DNA from: Azolla caroliniana
Taxonomy: Eukaryota > Plantae > Polypodiophyta
Assembly: GCA_043228905.1 (NCBI GenBank)
Contig: JBHGNT010000005.1
Location: 21,514,001-21,578,000, forward strand
Reading direction: 5' to 3'
Length of the DNA: 64,000 nt
Shown one piece after another: positions 50,546-63,207 of this stretch. The position numbers and the translations under genes are program-made. The notes beneath the pieces are model-generated. The model was not told where the DNA came from. It made no database searches and saw only the letters and a list, made by a program, of their open reading frames with translations. The stretch's first letter is position 1. Each line of letters starts with the position of its first letter.

Positions 50546-51264
50546 CTCTTTCCAACATGCATTCATATTCCTCGAGTGCTTGCTGTAAGCAAAATGCTAA
50601 TATCCATGACTATCCTTTTGCATTCTTCTGCATTCATCCTATTGACGCCTGCATGACCTCTTGTAGTTTAGACAAGACTCAAACGCATGACTTCTGATTC
50701 ATCATGTAAACTCTTAACAATTGAGCTATGTTTTTTTATTTTCTTTGACTTTGTCTTATCTTGTGACTATCCTTTTATACTTCTTCCTTTAATTCAATCT
50801 TTTATATATATTTAGTTTTAACCCTTTTCTTCACATGCACACATGATGACAACATAAACCCTCTTTCGGGTGTCCATAGAAGACTATATATATATATATG
50901 GAAATCCTTAACAACAAAGAATGAATTTAGCTTTTATGTAAGAAAGACATAAAAGGTCTTATGGAAACATGGGTTTCAATAAGAGGTCTTCTTTATGTGT
51001 GCCAGGGCATAACAATTTATTTTTGTGTGTGTAGCGCGAAGTAAACATACATTGACCTTACTGGACATACAACTTTCATCTAAGAGAAACAAGGTGAAGC
51101 AGATTTATGGGTGTTTATAAGAGGCCCTTCTGTCCGTGGAGAACCACAAGCCATGACTCTCATGCTTTAAGGACATCGGTAAGATAGATGATACCATTGT
51201 CGAGGTTTATTGTTTTGTTGTGAGACAAGCCCATGTTATGAGAATCTGCCTCACTAATTATCAG

Positions 51265-52418
51265 TTAGTGGTGGGGATATTGTCCTATTAACATCGAAAT
51301 CCAGTTTCTTGAGTTCTTCCCTCCTTTTGGATAGCAAGATCTCGGAGGACGACTCGACGAGGTCCTTCGGGTTTTGCTTCCCCAACTTCTCGACGAGGTC
51401 ATTGGAGTAGTGCATCCCCAAGTTGGTGTTGGAGTAGGTGGAGCGTGACGGATCTTTGGTTTTGCCTCCGGTGAAGAGCCGCCGTCAGCATGTTGTTCAC
51501 GGGGACCACGTCCATGAATAGCCGATACATAATGACGGCTAGCGTGGCGGAAACGAAGAATGCGCTGGGGATCGTGCTGCCCAACATGAGGTTCCGGTAG
51601 AGTTCCCGGCAATCGTCCGCCCCGGGGTCCTGTGCCACCGCCTGTAACTGTCATCGGGGCAGTCGCTTTCCGGTAAGGAGGCGGCTCCGGCGGCAGCGAA
51701 GCCTGCCCCCGCGAAGGCCATGGCCACTCCCGCCAGTGAGAGCTTCAAGAAGAGCGCCGCCACCAGCAGCTCCGCCCTCACTTGCTTCACGATGCTGCCC
51801 ACATACTTGGTGGGGGTGGTTATCAGAGCAGCTATGGCCACACACATTGCTGCCACAGCAGAGTAGAAGGAAACGCCATTGCTCACCCAGAAGACCTTCA
51901 TCTCCACCGTCTGAAATGCCGTCTGTGATGGGAGCTGCAACCAGCCGGCAAAGCTCACACTCCCTATCCATGGCATCCATGATGCTCCATTTGAGTGCCT
52001 CCGCCACTGTAGTGTTCCCATACTCTGCAGCTGTCTCCATGAATGTTGCTTTATCCTTATCTCGGAGGAGAAGATGCTCAGATGTTGCCATGGACATCAA
52101 TTTGCGGATGAGGGTCATGGATCTGGCCTCCTTCAGGTACAAGGATGCATAATGGAGGATGTTCCTGCCCAAAGAATCTGTGTTCCAAGTCCCCTGGCTA
52201 TCGATCCCGGACTCGCGTGCAGTAGCGGTGGGCAGCAGAGTCTCGAGCAATTCGGGGTCGGACGAGGAGCAGTAGATGATGGGCATGTCTCCGTCGTCAT
52301 TGACGACAGTGAGGCTCTTGCCACGCTCCACGAGGTTCCGAGCCCAGTCCTTGCGCCGATACAAGATGGCGAGGTGCAAATCCGTGTTGTTCCTCGGACC
52401 TCGGGGCATGTTGTCCAT
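51265..52418 (-). pseudogene. Paralog of the ankyrin/PGG gene with a large internal out-of-frame deletion
   Basis: N-terminus (LHLAILYR, DDGDMPI, LHYASL, LLLRD.D.ATF, ALKWSI) is joined directly to IGSVSFAGWLQLPSQTAF...FWVSNGVSFYSAVAAMC in another frame at about 51970. Confidence 0.85.
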
Positions 52419-54145
52419 TGTCTTATTTGGGGGATATCAAGATCTCCCGATTTGACCAATATGGGTGAGTGTTCAAGATAGAGCATATGCTTTTCGTTGT
52501 TGGGCATAAGAGTCCAACCTATGTGTTTGTGGTGACATGTTGGATCATGGTTCTAAGTAACGAATCAATGTCAAGCCTAGATGTTTTGGCTTTATATGTA
52601 GTTTTAAACAAACTATTTAAAGCACGAGCTCATGGTTCCTTTCCCGAAAACCATAATTATCGTTTTGTCCTTGTCCTTGAATATAGATAACCCCTTTACT
52701 AGCATGATTTGTAATTGTACAACGTCTTTCCCTAGTATGGCTTCTAAGACCGATGTTTCGAAAAACATAAAATGCTTAAGACCTTGGCTTTGTTGAATGG
52801 TCGTCTTTCATTTTCAAAATGCAAGAGTACAATTTTATGAGAACATGTTGTTAGATCAAGTTGAATATAGTCTCAAAGGTTCGTGTTGCTATTGTATATT
52901 CTTCCATTTATGCATAGTTTCCATGCGACAACTAAGACAAAAAGCCATGTCTAATGATTCCATTACTCAATACTATTTGAAAATTGGAGTAGTTTCTTAA
53001 TGATTAATGAAGTAAATTCCAAGAAGGCCCTTATCGAAGTATACTAAGTTGTTTGTGTTATTGGTTGGATTGTATATATGAGGATTAACTTTTTGCATGT
53101 TCCATGCAAATTGGAAACCATTTCTATTTCAAGAATACAACCTATCGTATCCTTAGTCTCTAGTCATTTGCAAATCAACATGCAATAGGCAAAAACTTAA
53201 TCTTGGCCTTGCTCACTAATTTTTTTACAATTCAATTTACATTAAGGAATATTAATGGTAGATCCTATACAATGATAAGATTGTTGTAATTATAGTGGTA
53301 CATTGACAATTTTTCTGAGTTATTGCTACAATGAGTAGCTCAATTGGGGGTTTCCCATTATAATTAGTGTAATTTACGAGGTAAACCTTCAACTCTAAGG
53401 TGTCACCAAATCACGATTCATACAATGTCATGTTGAGCGAGCAAGCTCAACCGGATCCGGATGAGCTGGATAAGCTTGAGCCGGATCGGTATCCGGAACG
53501 AAGGGCTGGATGATATCCGGATCGGTATCCGGAACCAAGAGCCGAATCAGAGAGACGGATCGGGGAGCCGGTTTCAAATGTGAACCGTAAGGCTAGTAGT
53601 AGCCTATACTCCTAGACTACTAGGTAGTCAGAGTCCTCGTAGTTAGTGTTAGCCGCTCATATGAGCATTGAAGTACATAGTACTTCTGTTAGTCCTTTTG
53701 AGGACTTGTATAAATAATGTTGTATAGCATGATTGTATGTACAGAGTTACAAAGTGTTATTTTTTAATTGAGTTTATGTTCTCTCTCTCTCTCTATCTCT
53801 CCCGTGTATGCTAAGTACTCTCTAGATTCCATTGAACCTGTTTTTATTCTCTGTCTCTACCCGACTAAACCGGTTTGTCAAAGCATCTTCATGCTAACGT
53901 TTACATGGTATTAGAGCTCGAGGGTTCAGAACCTTTGTGGCTGACAGACGCTTCCGAAGACAAACCCTAACACCTGGCGAAGAACAGAAGAGAACCAATG
54001 ATGGATAGAGGTATGACAAGTTCCCTTCCCACAGAAAAGCTCGACCGGAGAAACTATGCATCCTGGTCATATAAGATTGTTGCCGTTTAGGAACACGGTA
54101 TGCGGTCAGTCCTTCGACCTAGACCTCAAGTGGGTGTGGAACAAT

Positions 54146-54813
54146 TGTTGGGAGACATGTCCCTCCGGATGGGAAGGAAGAAGAAAAGTGCTGGTGAACA
54201 AACTCGGCCGAGGCCGATAGGCTGAGGTGGAAACCGGATGAGGAGTACTCGGCTACGGAGAGCCGGATGGTGCAGACCCGGTGAGAACCGGATGAGGAGT
54301 ACCCGGCTACGGAGAGCCAGATGGTGCAGACCCGGTGAGGAGTGCTCACCGGATGAAGAGACATATTTGTAAATATGTTTCTGAGAGTCCATCATGGCTA
54401 TATTTGTAAATAGCCGAAAAGTCATATTAGTATAAATATGACTTAGGGCAAACTTTTAGTTGTGGTTGTTATTCTTGTTGGTGTAAGAAGAGAGAGAGCG
54501 CGTAACCATGTACAAAGAGAGAGAAAGAGAGAAAGAGGTCATTGCCTCTGTTGAAACCGCCGCCTGTGGCGAAGATGGTGAGCACGAGGTCGTTGCCTCC
54601 GTGAACTCACTGTTGTACATTCTAACATAGTGATAGTTTGCAGCTTGTGGGCTACCGTGGTTTTTCCCTAGTTTGGGTTTTTTCCACGTTAAACATCTTG
54701 TGTACATTTTCCTCTCCTTTGTGTCGTGTGTCTTCCGTTTCCCGTTTTCTGTGTATGATTCTAAGCTCGATTGTAGCCGAGCGTTGCGCATAAGGAGTGT
54801 TGAGTTCCTGTCA
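54146..54813 (+). mobile_element. Solo LTR of a copia-B-related family inserted in the left LTR of gypsy C
   Basis: TGTTGGGAG...CCTGTCA flanked by ACAAT/ACAAA where the uninterrupted LTR has a single ACAAC. Shares CCCTCCGGATG and the GGCTATATTTGTAAATAGCC..AAGTCATAT motifs with the copia B LTRs. Contains an internal tandem repeat of about 54 bp. Confidence 0.8.
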
Positions 54814-55790
54814 ACAAAGAACAGGTGTATAAGCGTATTGCGTAAGAGTAGAACCCCTGTAACCTATCAGCGTATAAGGGAAGACGGCTACAACCGAATC
54901 CCTATTCAGGGTTACACTTACATACTACAACGCTTAAGTAATCAAGACACCCACTCTGAACTAGCCGTAGCTATCCACAGAAAAATCAGAGAAGATAGTA
55001 TTCTATTATAAGGCGTTTCTTTACATTCCCCAAAATTACACGCACCTCTATCAGAGGTTTTCTGCCCTTTATATATGCAGGGTCTAATTAGCCGTTCACG
55101 CTTCCTGCGTGAACCGTTACATGCGTTATGATCTTATATAATTTCTTACTCCTACGCTTTTGTCCGTCGATTACTATTCTAGCGGACAACACTTGGCACG
55201 CCTGTGGGACAGTGCCTTTGCACGTCAGACCCATCCCTTAATCTTCTTCCAAAATGGCCCGGATGTTCGGCTCTGCTGTGGTGTCCTTGTCCAGAGGTGA
55301 TGTAGGGCCCGTAGGTGCATCATGGTGTGGCTCCTCTATTTGGACGGGTTGGTTTCTCCCGGAGTCGTCGTTTGTCGTGTATGGGTGGTCTGGGTATGGT
55401 GGGCTCTTCTTGAGTTAGTGGGTTGGGCTCCGTCGTTATCGTGCTTGCAGTTGGCTGCGACTCTACCTCCATTGTTACGTCCTCCATGGTGTTGGCCATT
55501 TTTGTATATTCCTGGGAGTAGGGCGGAGATTCCGCCTGGTCCGCACCGTTCTCCGCGTGGTCTGATGATAGTGTGGGCTCGTGCGGCTGGACCTCTTGTT
55601 GGCTAGTGGTTTTGCTGTCTGGTCCCGTGGGGAACTCCGCTCATCGGTCCCCGCTATTCTCCCTCGTTGTCATCTCTGGTGATCGGGCCTAAGGTTCCTC
55701 TTCTTCCGCTGGGGCCGGAATTGGTGACGCGCTGGATTCCTCGTTTGTGCACATGTTGCCGGCCTGCGTGATTTGGTGAAATAGCTCCTC

Positions 55791-58195
55791 CTAACTTTCA
55801 CCAAAATCATCTAAGAGCTGTGCGAGTTCTTCGTAGTGTTGGTCTACTAGCGCACGATAGTCTTGCGCTAGGTCCTCCCGTACGGTCGCAATGCTCTCCT
55901 CATTTAGTTTATAGAAACCTCGACCGTCTTTTCGTCGGTTCTCCCAGTCTGCACGATACGCGTGCAATTCCGCTGCTTGGGTTGCCCACGCCATCCATCC
56001 TTTGTCCAGCGCCGTTTTCAATTGCGCTGTGAACCTCTCCCGATTTGTTTGGAGAAGGATCCGCACGTTATCTGTGATGGCCTGACAACGGTTGCGTGCG
56101 TCTTCCATCGACTTCTGCAGATTTGCGATTTCCTGTTGTTTAACGGCTGTTGCTTCCTCATACGTGGCCTTCAGGCCCACCCACATCTGGGATTCCTTTG
56201 CATGTTGTTCTTCTAATTTCCCCATTTCGTTGTTTAGGCGGATTTCGAGCTGATGTCTTTTGTCTTGTTCGACCACCAACTGCTCATCGAACCATACCTT
56301 CTTTTTTCCTAATAAGGCCCGAAGTCCTGCTATTGCCGCCTTCGATTTCTTCACGTCCTCTCGTAATTGTGCGTTGTTGTCCTTTGTCTGGATGTGCTGA
56401 GCTACCTCCGTAGCTACTTTTTCTTCAAGAGTTTTTACTGCCTTCCGTCCGTTAGCCCGTATCTCCTTTTCTCTATCTGAGGATTGGCGTACTTCTGCGC
56501 GAAGACGATCAATTTCGGATTCTGCTAGCTGCACGTCCCTTTTTGCTTTTGAGGCGATGGCGGTCTGAGCCTCGATTTCTTCTTTTAGAGTGTCGATGAC
56601 ATGGTTTGGTGGTAGGGTTGCATGTTGCACCGTGGTCGCGTGAGCTTCCAACTCGGCGATGCGTGCGTTGGCTTTTTGCAGTTCGGCTTCGGTTAGTTTA
56701 ACCTTCTTCCAGACATTCTTATTTTTTATGGCCATCTCCTTGGCGCCCATGCTGACCTTTGCCAGTTCTCGATGGACTTCGACTAGGGCCGTGTTTAAGG
56801 GCGGTATCTCCATCCCCACTCGCCGTACCCCGGCATTCCTCTGTCTGTCGACCTTGGCTAGCCAGTCCTCATCGCCGCTCTCCGTTGTTTGTGTTAGGGC
56901 GCGCTCAATCATCTGGCGTTCCACATGCTCCTCGGCCATTCGTTGGGTGGCTTTGACCTGTTGTGTTGCCAGGAACTCCATGAGCTCAAAAGAAGTACCG
57001 AACTGGAAAAGGGCGCTGAACTCGTGGGTCGTATCCGGGATATCCGGATATGCCAAAACCTCGCTTTCCGTCGTCAATACGGCTTTCCCTCGTTGGGACT
57101 GAGTCGTAATAATCGGTCGTGGCTCCCGGATGATTTCGAAGGTGGTATTCGGTTCCGCTGCTGCGGCGCCTTCACCTTGGTCGGTGTCTCTGTTGCCGTG
57201 GGGGCGTTTTTTACCAACCCCCGCCCATCTTTCCTGTCCAATCTGTGCCGTTTTGGTCTGGGGCTTTCCCGCCGTGTTTCGGTGTCTGGTTCTGGGGTTG
57301 CTTCCTTGGAGCGTCTCGGCTATTCCTCCTACGTTGTCCGTGTGTCCAGCTGGTCGGTAGGAGGTGTTGTCCTTGGGTCTGGTTGGGCCGGTTGGGGTTC
57401 CTCTTCCCACTCTGGGGCCGATAACTCTGCTAACCTGCGTTTCGCGAATCGGGGCGGGGTTGTGGGTTGGCTGGGTTGCGGTGCTGGCAGGCCTCAGGGT
57501 GGAAATAGTACCGTAAGGTATTGTTGGATGATTGGCCTGAGCTTTTTGCCTGCTTGGTACGCATGCAAGCCTTCCCTTAACGTTGGCCCTGTGATGACCC
57601 CCCAATCGACGGCACGCCCTTCAAAGGTATCGATGATGATGCCCGCTTTCGGCTTAGGCATCCCATATGCGTTGACATGTATGCAGCCGACGTCTAGCAA
57701 GAACTTGGCAACTTCACGGAAGAAGGGATCCGGAATTTGTTTTGTTCTATAGGCCTTGGCGGAGGAGGAATATGGCCCAAAATACCGCTGCAGCGCCTCT
57801 GCAGGAGGTATTTCGAAATGTCTTTCGCCTAGTGAGGATAGGTCCAACTTCTTTCGGATGGAAGAGTTGGTGACCGTGTCGATGTTAAGCCTCCTAGCGA
57901 TGTCCATGGCGTCCGGGTGCGGAGGTGCTTTTGCGACCTGAATGTAACCATCCAGGCGTTTCTCCACGAGCCATTGGCGTAGGGCAATAGAGATGAAGAT
58001 CGGCATCGCCAGAGTAGGTTCGTGGGGAGGAGATGGTTGGTTGTGGTGAATTGGAGCTTTGAGATAGGATGGGGAAGAAGGTGAGGAGGAGGAGTGATGG
58101 GAGCGCTGATAGCTAGAAGATGGGTTTCTGCTTTGTGCAGAAAATCTTCTATTTCCTTCTTTTTGTGGCTTAGGGTTCATTGGGCGGTGAGCCAT
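55791..58195 (-). CDS. Extra ORF(s) of gypsy C downstream of integrase: N-terminal globular region (57494-58195) and long coiled-coil region (55791-57605); unknown function
   Basis: Overlapping 233-aa and 604-aa ORFs in the same orientation as pol, with a heptad-rich E/K/Q/A C-terminal half. Possibly one frameshifted gene. Confidence 0.65.
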
Positions 58196-58425
58196 CGTGG
58201 TGCCGCGTGTTCTTGAACTAGGAGTTTGTGCATGCCTTTAGTTGTTTTAATAGTCACTATCGTCTTTTTTTTTTTTGTAACGGTTATTTACCACCTATTT
58301 TTACATTATAGTACAAATGGGGTTGTCCATTTTACATTGCGGGTTCCCCGGCTCTGTCCCGTTCGGGGGTGAATGGGTTAGGTGGCGTAGGGCCCAGGTA
58401 AGGTTTGAGCCGAATTCAATTCACC

Positions 58426-61400
58426 TTATGCCGTAATTCTTCCCCAACCAGTGTTCCTAGTTGGAACGTGCCTTGTTCCGCTCCAATTATCCAGTATGGG
58501 CCGGTCCAGCTGAAACGTAACTTCCCTGGCATATGGCCCATGCGCGTTTGAAAAACTAGCACCGCTCGGCCCACGGCGAACTCCTTTTCCTTTGCGTTCC
58601 GATGTCAATCCACAAACGCTTTACGTCGTCGCTGTTCCTGTTCCAACACAGCCATGTTGTGGACGCGTTTTTCCCCTAGTTCGAGGAGCTGGTAGATCCG
58701 TACCTCCTCCGACTTGGCTTCTGATAATCGGTTCCGTACCTGAATGCGCAAACTCGGTACCTGAAATTCGACTAGCATCACAGCCTCTAGTCCAAACGCT
58801 AGTCGGAACGGTGTTGACTGTATGCTTGTTTTGTAACTAGTTCTGTACGCCCATAACACACTCTGTAGTTTGGTATCCCAGTCCGTTCTATTTTCATTGA
58901 CGGTTTTCTTCAAAATGGTCTGTAATGTCTTGTTCGTGGATTCTGCTAATCCATTCCCCTGTGGATAATATGGCGTGCTCTTCTTGTGGACTACGGCGTA
59001 ATGATGTGTTAGTTCCCGAACCACCGTATTGAGAAAGTGATTCCCCTGGTCACTGATGAGCTCAATCGGACAGCCGAACTGGCACCAAATGTGCTCGTAA
59101 AGGAATTTGGCTGTGACGGCCGCTGTATTTTCACGTAGTGCCTTTGCTTCTACCCATTTGGTGCAGTAATCCGTGGCTACCAATATGTATTTGTTGCCCG
59201 TACGGGCCGCCGCTGGTGTGAAGGGCCCTACAAAATCCAATCCCCACTTTTGGAAGGGGTCTAGCAGTAATACGGGCTAGTGTGGCATCCTTGCGTCCTC
59301 CGCGGGCTGACCCATCCGCTGACACAAATCACACTTTCTACAATACTCGGATGCGTCCTTCTGTGTTGTTGGCCACCATAAGCCCACCTGCCATATTTTC
59401 CGGGCTGTCACGTCGCCTGCGTAATGGCCGCCTGCCGTACCGTAGTGTGCCTCCCGTAAAACTCTTTCCTTCTCATCCTGACGGACCCCACGTCGCCAAA
59501 TGTCGTCACTTCCTTTATGATATAAAATGCCTTCGACGAGGCAGAAGTGACGGCTTCAGACGGCTAGTCGTTTCTTCTCGTCCGTGCGTAATTGTGGTGG
59601 AGGCAGTCCTGTAGTTAAAAAGTACATCATTTCCATAAGCCATCGGTTCGGAAAGGTGGATTCCGTTTTTTCTGCAAATGTCGCTACTCGCAAGATGTCG
59701 GCGTCCGGAAAATCGTCGTCGTCTTTCTGTACTGTTTCTCCATTCTCGAGTCTGCTCAAAAAAACCGCCACTACGTGTTGCGTTCCTAGTCAGTGCTGAA
59801 TTACGAAATCGAATTCCTGGAGCAGCAGCATCCACCGCGCCAATTTCCCTGTCAGGGCTTGTTTCTCTACCAAATACAATAATGCCGAATGATCCACGTG
59901 GAACGTGAATTTCCTTCCTAATAAATAGTGTCGGAATTTATTGATGTTATACATCATCCCTAGCGCCTCCTGCTCAGTTGTGGAATAGTTACGCTCTGCT
60001 GTTGACAATTTACGACTCGCGTAGTATACTGGCCTATACTAGTTTGGTTCGGTGAGCTGCATTAGTGTGCTTCCTATTGCTATGTCCGAGGCGTCGACGA
60101 ACACGTGGAAAGGCTTTGCCCAAACTGGTGGTTGTACGACGGGAGCCTGTGTGAGCATTATCTTAAGTGCCTCATAGGCCTTATCCTCCGTTGCAGTCCA
60201 TTGGAAAGGAGTCCGATGTACGGCAGTGTGTAGCGGCGTGGCGAAGTCCGCCAAATACTGTATCATCCGACTATGCCACCGTATTTGTCCTAAAAACCGG
60301 CTAAGCAATTTGGTGTTTGTCGGAGTTTTGGCTTGCGTAATCGCGGAGATCTTGTTTGGGTCGACCGCTATTCCCTCTTTGCTGACTATGTGGCCTAGGA
60401 GAGTCCTGCTGGTCACGCCGAAGGCACATTTCGCGGGATTCAGGCTTAAGCGTGCGGTGCGGCAACGTTCCAGGCACAATCGTAAGTGCGTAAAATGGTC
60501 TATTGTTTCCCCATATACCGCAAAGTCATCTACAAAAACTTGCATAAACGCCGGAATGTATTCCCCAAAGATCTCTGTAATCGTTCGTTGAAATGTTGTC
60601 GGTGCTGCCTTTAGCTTGAACATCATGACGACTGCCACATAGACTCCCTAGTCCATGACAAACGTCGTCTTCTCCTGGTCCTCGGGGTGCATGCGTACCT
60701 AGTTATAGCCACTGAAGCCATCTAAGATACTGTACATCTCATGGCCTACGATGGCGTCCAGCACGCTATCGGTGAAGGGTAAGGGAAATGCGTCTATAAT
60801 GGTTACGACGTTTAATTTCCGGTAATCTACGCATACCCGTATTTTGCCGTTTTTCTTTGGGACGACCACTATTGGGCTTAGCCATGTCGCTTGTTTAACG
60901 GGTCGTATGAACCCCGCCTTCAGGATCTTTTCAATTTCTTCTTTCAATCGGGTCGCGTAATTGGGGTTCATGTGGTAGCGGCGCTGCTGGACGGGTTTCA
61001 CATCAGTTGCTAAATTGATCTTATGCTGATAGAACTTGGGATCTAACCCCTTCATGTCCTCGTGAGCCCAAGCGAACACATCTTTATATTCCGTGAGTAG
61101 TGCGATCATCGTGATTCTCTGGTCCGGCCTTAATTCCTTTGCGATGGAGAGGAACCGGGGCTCCAATTCCATACCCACATTTACTTCTTCAAGAGCGGAA
61201 GCGGTGACTCGTCGTGAAATCTCCATTTCCCTTTCGAATGCCGTCCGTGCTCTGTTGAGTTCCAATATGGACTCTGGGTTTGGTTCGTAAGGCTCATCGT
61301 GGGGAACAGTGGTCGTGGCATATTCTGTTGCGGTTGCTATGACATCTATTTCGAACAGCGGAATAATCCGAGGGTGTTCGTCGAGGTACACCTCCAATTC

Positions 61401-63207
61401 TGCATCCTCCACCCCAGCCAACATATTTATGTCCTTCGTGTATAACGGTGTTATACCCTTAGGTTGCGGCGTGCTGCCTTCTGTAGGTACGCGAACCTTG
61501 GTGCGTCCATGCCGGAAACTGATACACTCGTGTTGCCAGCTCTGCTTGATATTTGTTGTCTGAAGCCATGGTATGCCCAGAAGCACTAGGTATGCTCCTG
61601 GGGCCTCCAAAGCGAGGACGACCACCGAGATATCGAAGAGGTGTCCGCCCACGATGATGCCTATTTTGCGAATTAACCCCAACGGTCGCAATGAGCGGGT
61701 ATCTGCCATGCGGAGCCAGAATGGACACGCCTCCCACTCGGAAATGCCTAACTACTCGCAAGTTTTCGCGCTAATTACATTGACGCCTGAGCCGTCGTCG
61801 ATTACACATCCAGGAACTTCCTGTCCGTGCAATATTACTGTAATAGCCGGGTTGTGCTGATCCACCACCGGTGGTCCATCGCTGACGTCTGTTAGGTTTG
61901 TGGCGACGCTTGCCCCGGGTATGCTTGCCGCCTGTGCTTCCATGGTCTGGCGGAAACGTGGAACTAGTTGTAACAGTTTTTCCATGGTTAATGTTATTTC
62001 ACAACCTGCTAACACCTGCCAAATGGGGTCCGGACCTGGTGTTTCGTTCTTTGTTCGCTCCATTGTGTTTGCGGACTCCTGCCGCATACGTTCCGTATTG
62101 GTCGCGTTTGCTTTTTCCACCCATGCTTGGGCTTATCGGCGTACCTCGTCTTGCGCAGCCCAATCCGCCGTTTTTGTTTGCTAGTGTGTCGTGACTTGTT
62201 GCACCTCCGCCGTAATCATATTGACAGCGGGTCCCTTTCCCTTGCGTGCTGGGCATTGCGTGGCATAATGTCCGGGTTGCTGACAAATAAAACAATGGCT
62301 GCTGGATTCTGCCTTCTCGGCTCCAGGTAGTGTGTGCCGCTCTCCGAGTGCTACTTGCTCTTCGCGGTCCGGCTTTGTTTGTCGGAACATACGCAGTGGC
62401 TGCTATTAGTCCCGTCGTTGTTCCTGGTGCCGCTCATCCCCCAAGCTTTCTTCGTAACGCCGTTGATCCCTGTATTGTCGTGGCTTACGCCGATAGCCAT
62501 TGAAGTCGCCCCGTTTGTTTGTCGGCCGTTGATTCTCGTAGCGCCGACCCCCTTTGGTGTAACTCGGATATCCACGATAATCCTCATCCTCTGGGTCGTC
62601 CTCCTCGGAATCATTGTGATTCCGGCGATTCCGGTTGTACCGGTCCTTCCGCGGGTTGCGATCCTTATACCGGGGTAACGCTTGTCGTAAGGAGGACATA
62701 GAAAACCGTTCCTTCTCGTCATCCAACTCAGGCTGTAACGCTCATTCAATTACCATATCCGTTGTTTCCCCTTTCATGCTATTGTTGTTGAGCGTCGCCC
62801 GGATGGGCCGGCGCAAGGCTCCCAAAAATGTTTCTCGAGCCTCTTCCTTCCGGTTTCCGTTGTAAATTTTGGAAACGTAAGCTGAAGTCCGCTATGGTCT
62901 CGATTGGTAGTTGCTTAATTGTATAAAACTGCTCGAGAATCTCGCGTTGTGGGACCCTCTGATGGATGAATTGCAAGAAAGCGGACTACAGGTGATCGAA
63001 GGTTGTTATGGCTGGTAAATCCATGTGTGAATGCCAAAACGCCGCACGCCCATCTAGTGTTAATCCGAACTCCGTCATTTTCGACTGGTGTGCCACCGTG
63101 TCGGAGAGATTCTGCACCATGTGGTTCGCATTCCAGACATTCATGAACATGCGAATATGCGTTGCGGCGTAGGTTTCGTAGTTAAATCGGGGGTAGGCAA
63201 AGGCCAT
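58426..63207 (-). pseudogene. Gypsy C gag-PR-RT-RH-INT, disrupted
   Basis: CFICQQPGHYATQC, VIDDGSGVNVI, IRVCVDYRKLN, LDGFSGYN, FVDDF, FHVFVDASD, ERNYSTTEQEALG, DFVGPF, TDYCTKWVEA, YYPQGNGLAES, WTGPY. Confidence 0.92.

Noticed and set aside
56925-57752. 275-aa plus-strand ORF in gypsy C
   Set aside because: Antisense shadow of the minus-strand extra ORF, with low-information composition.
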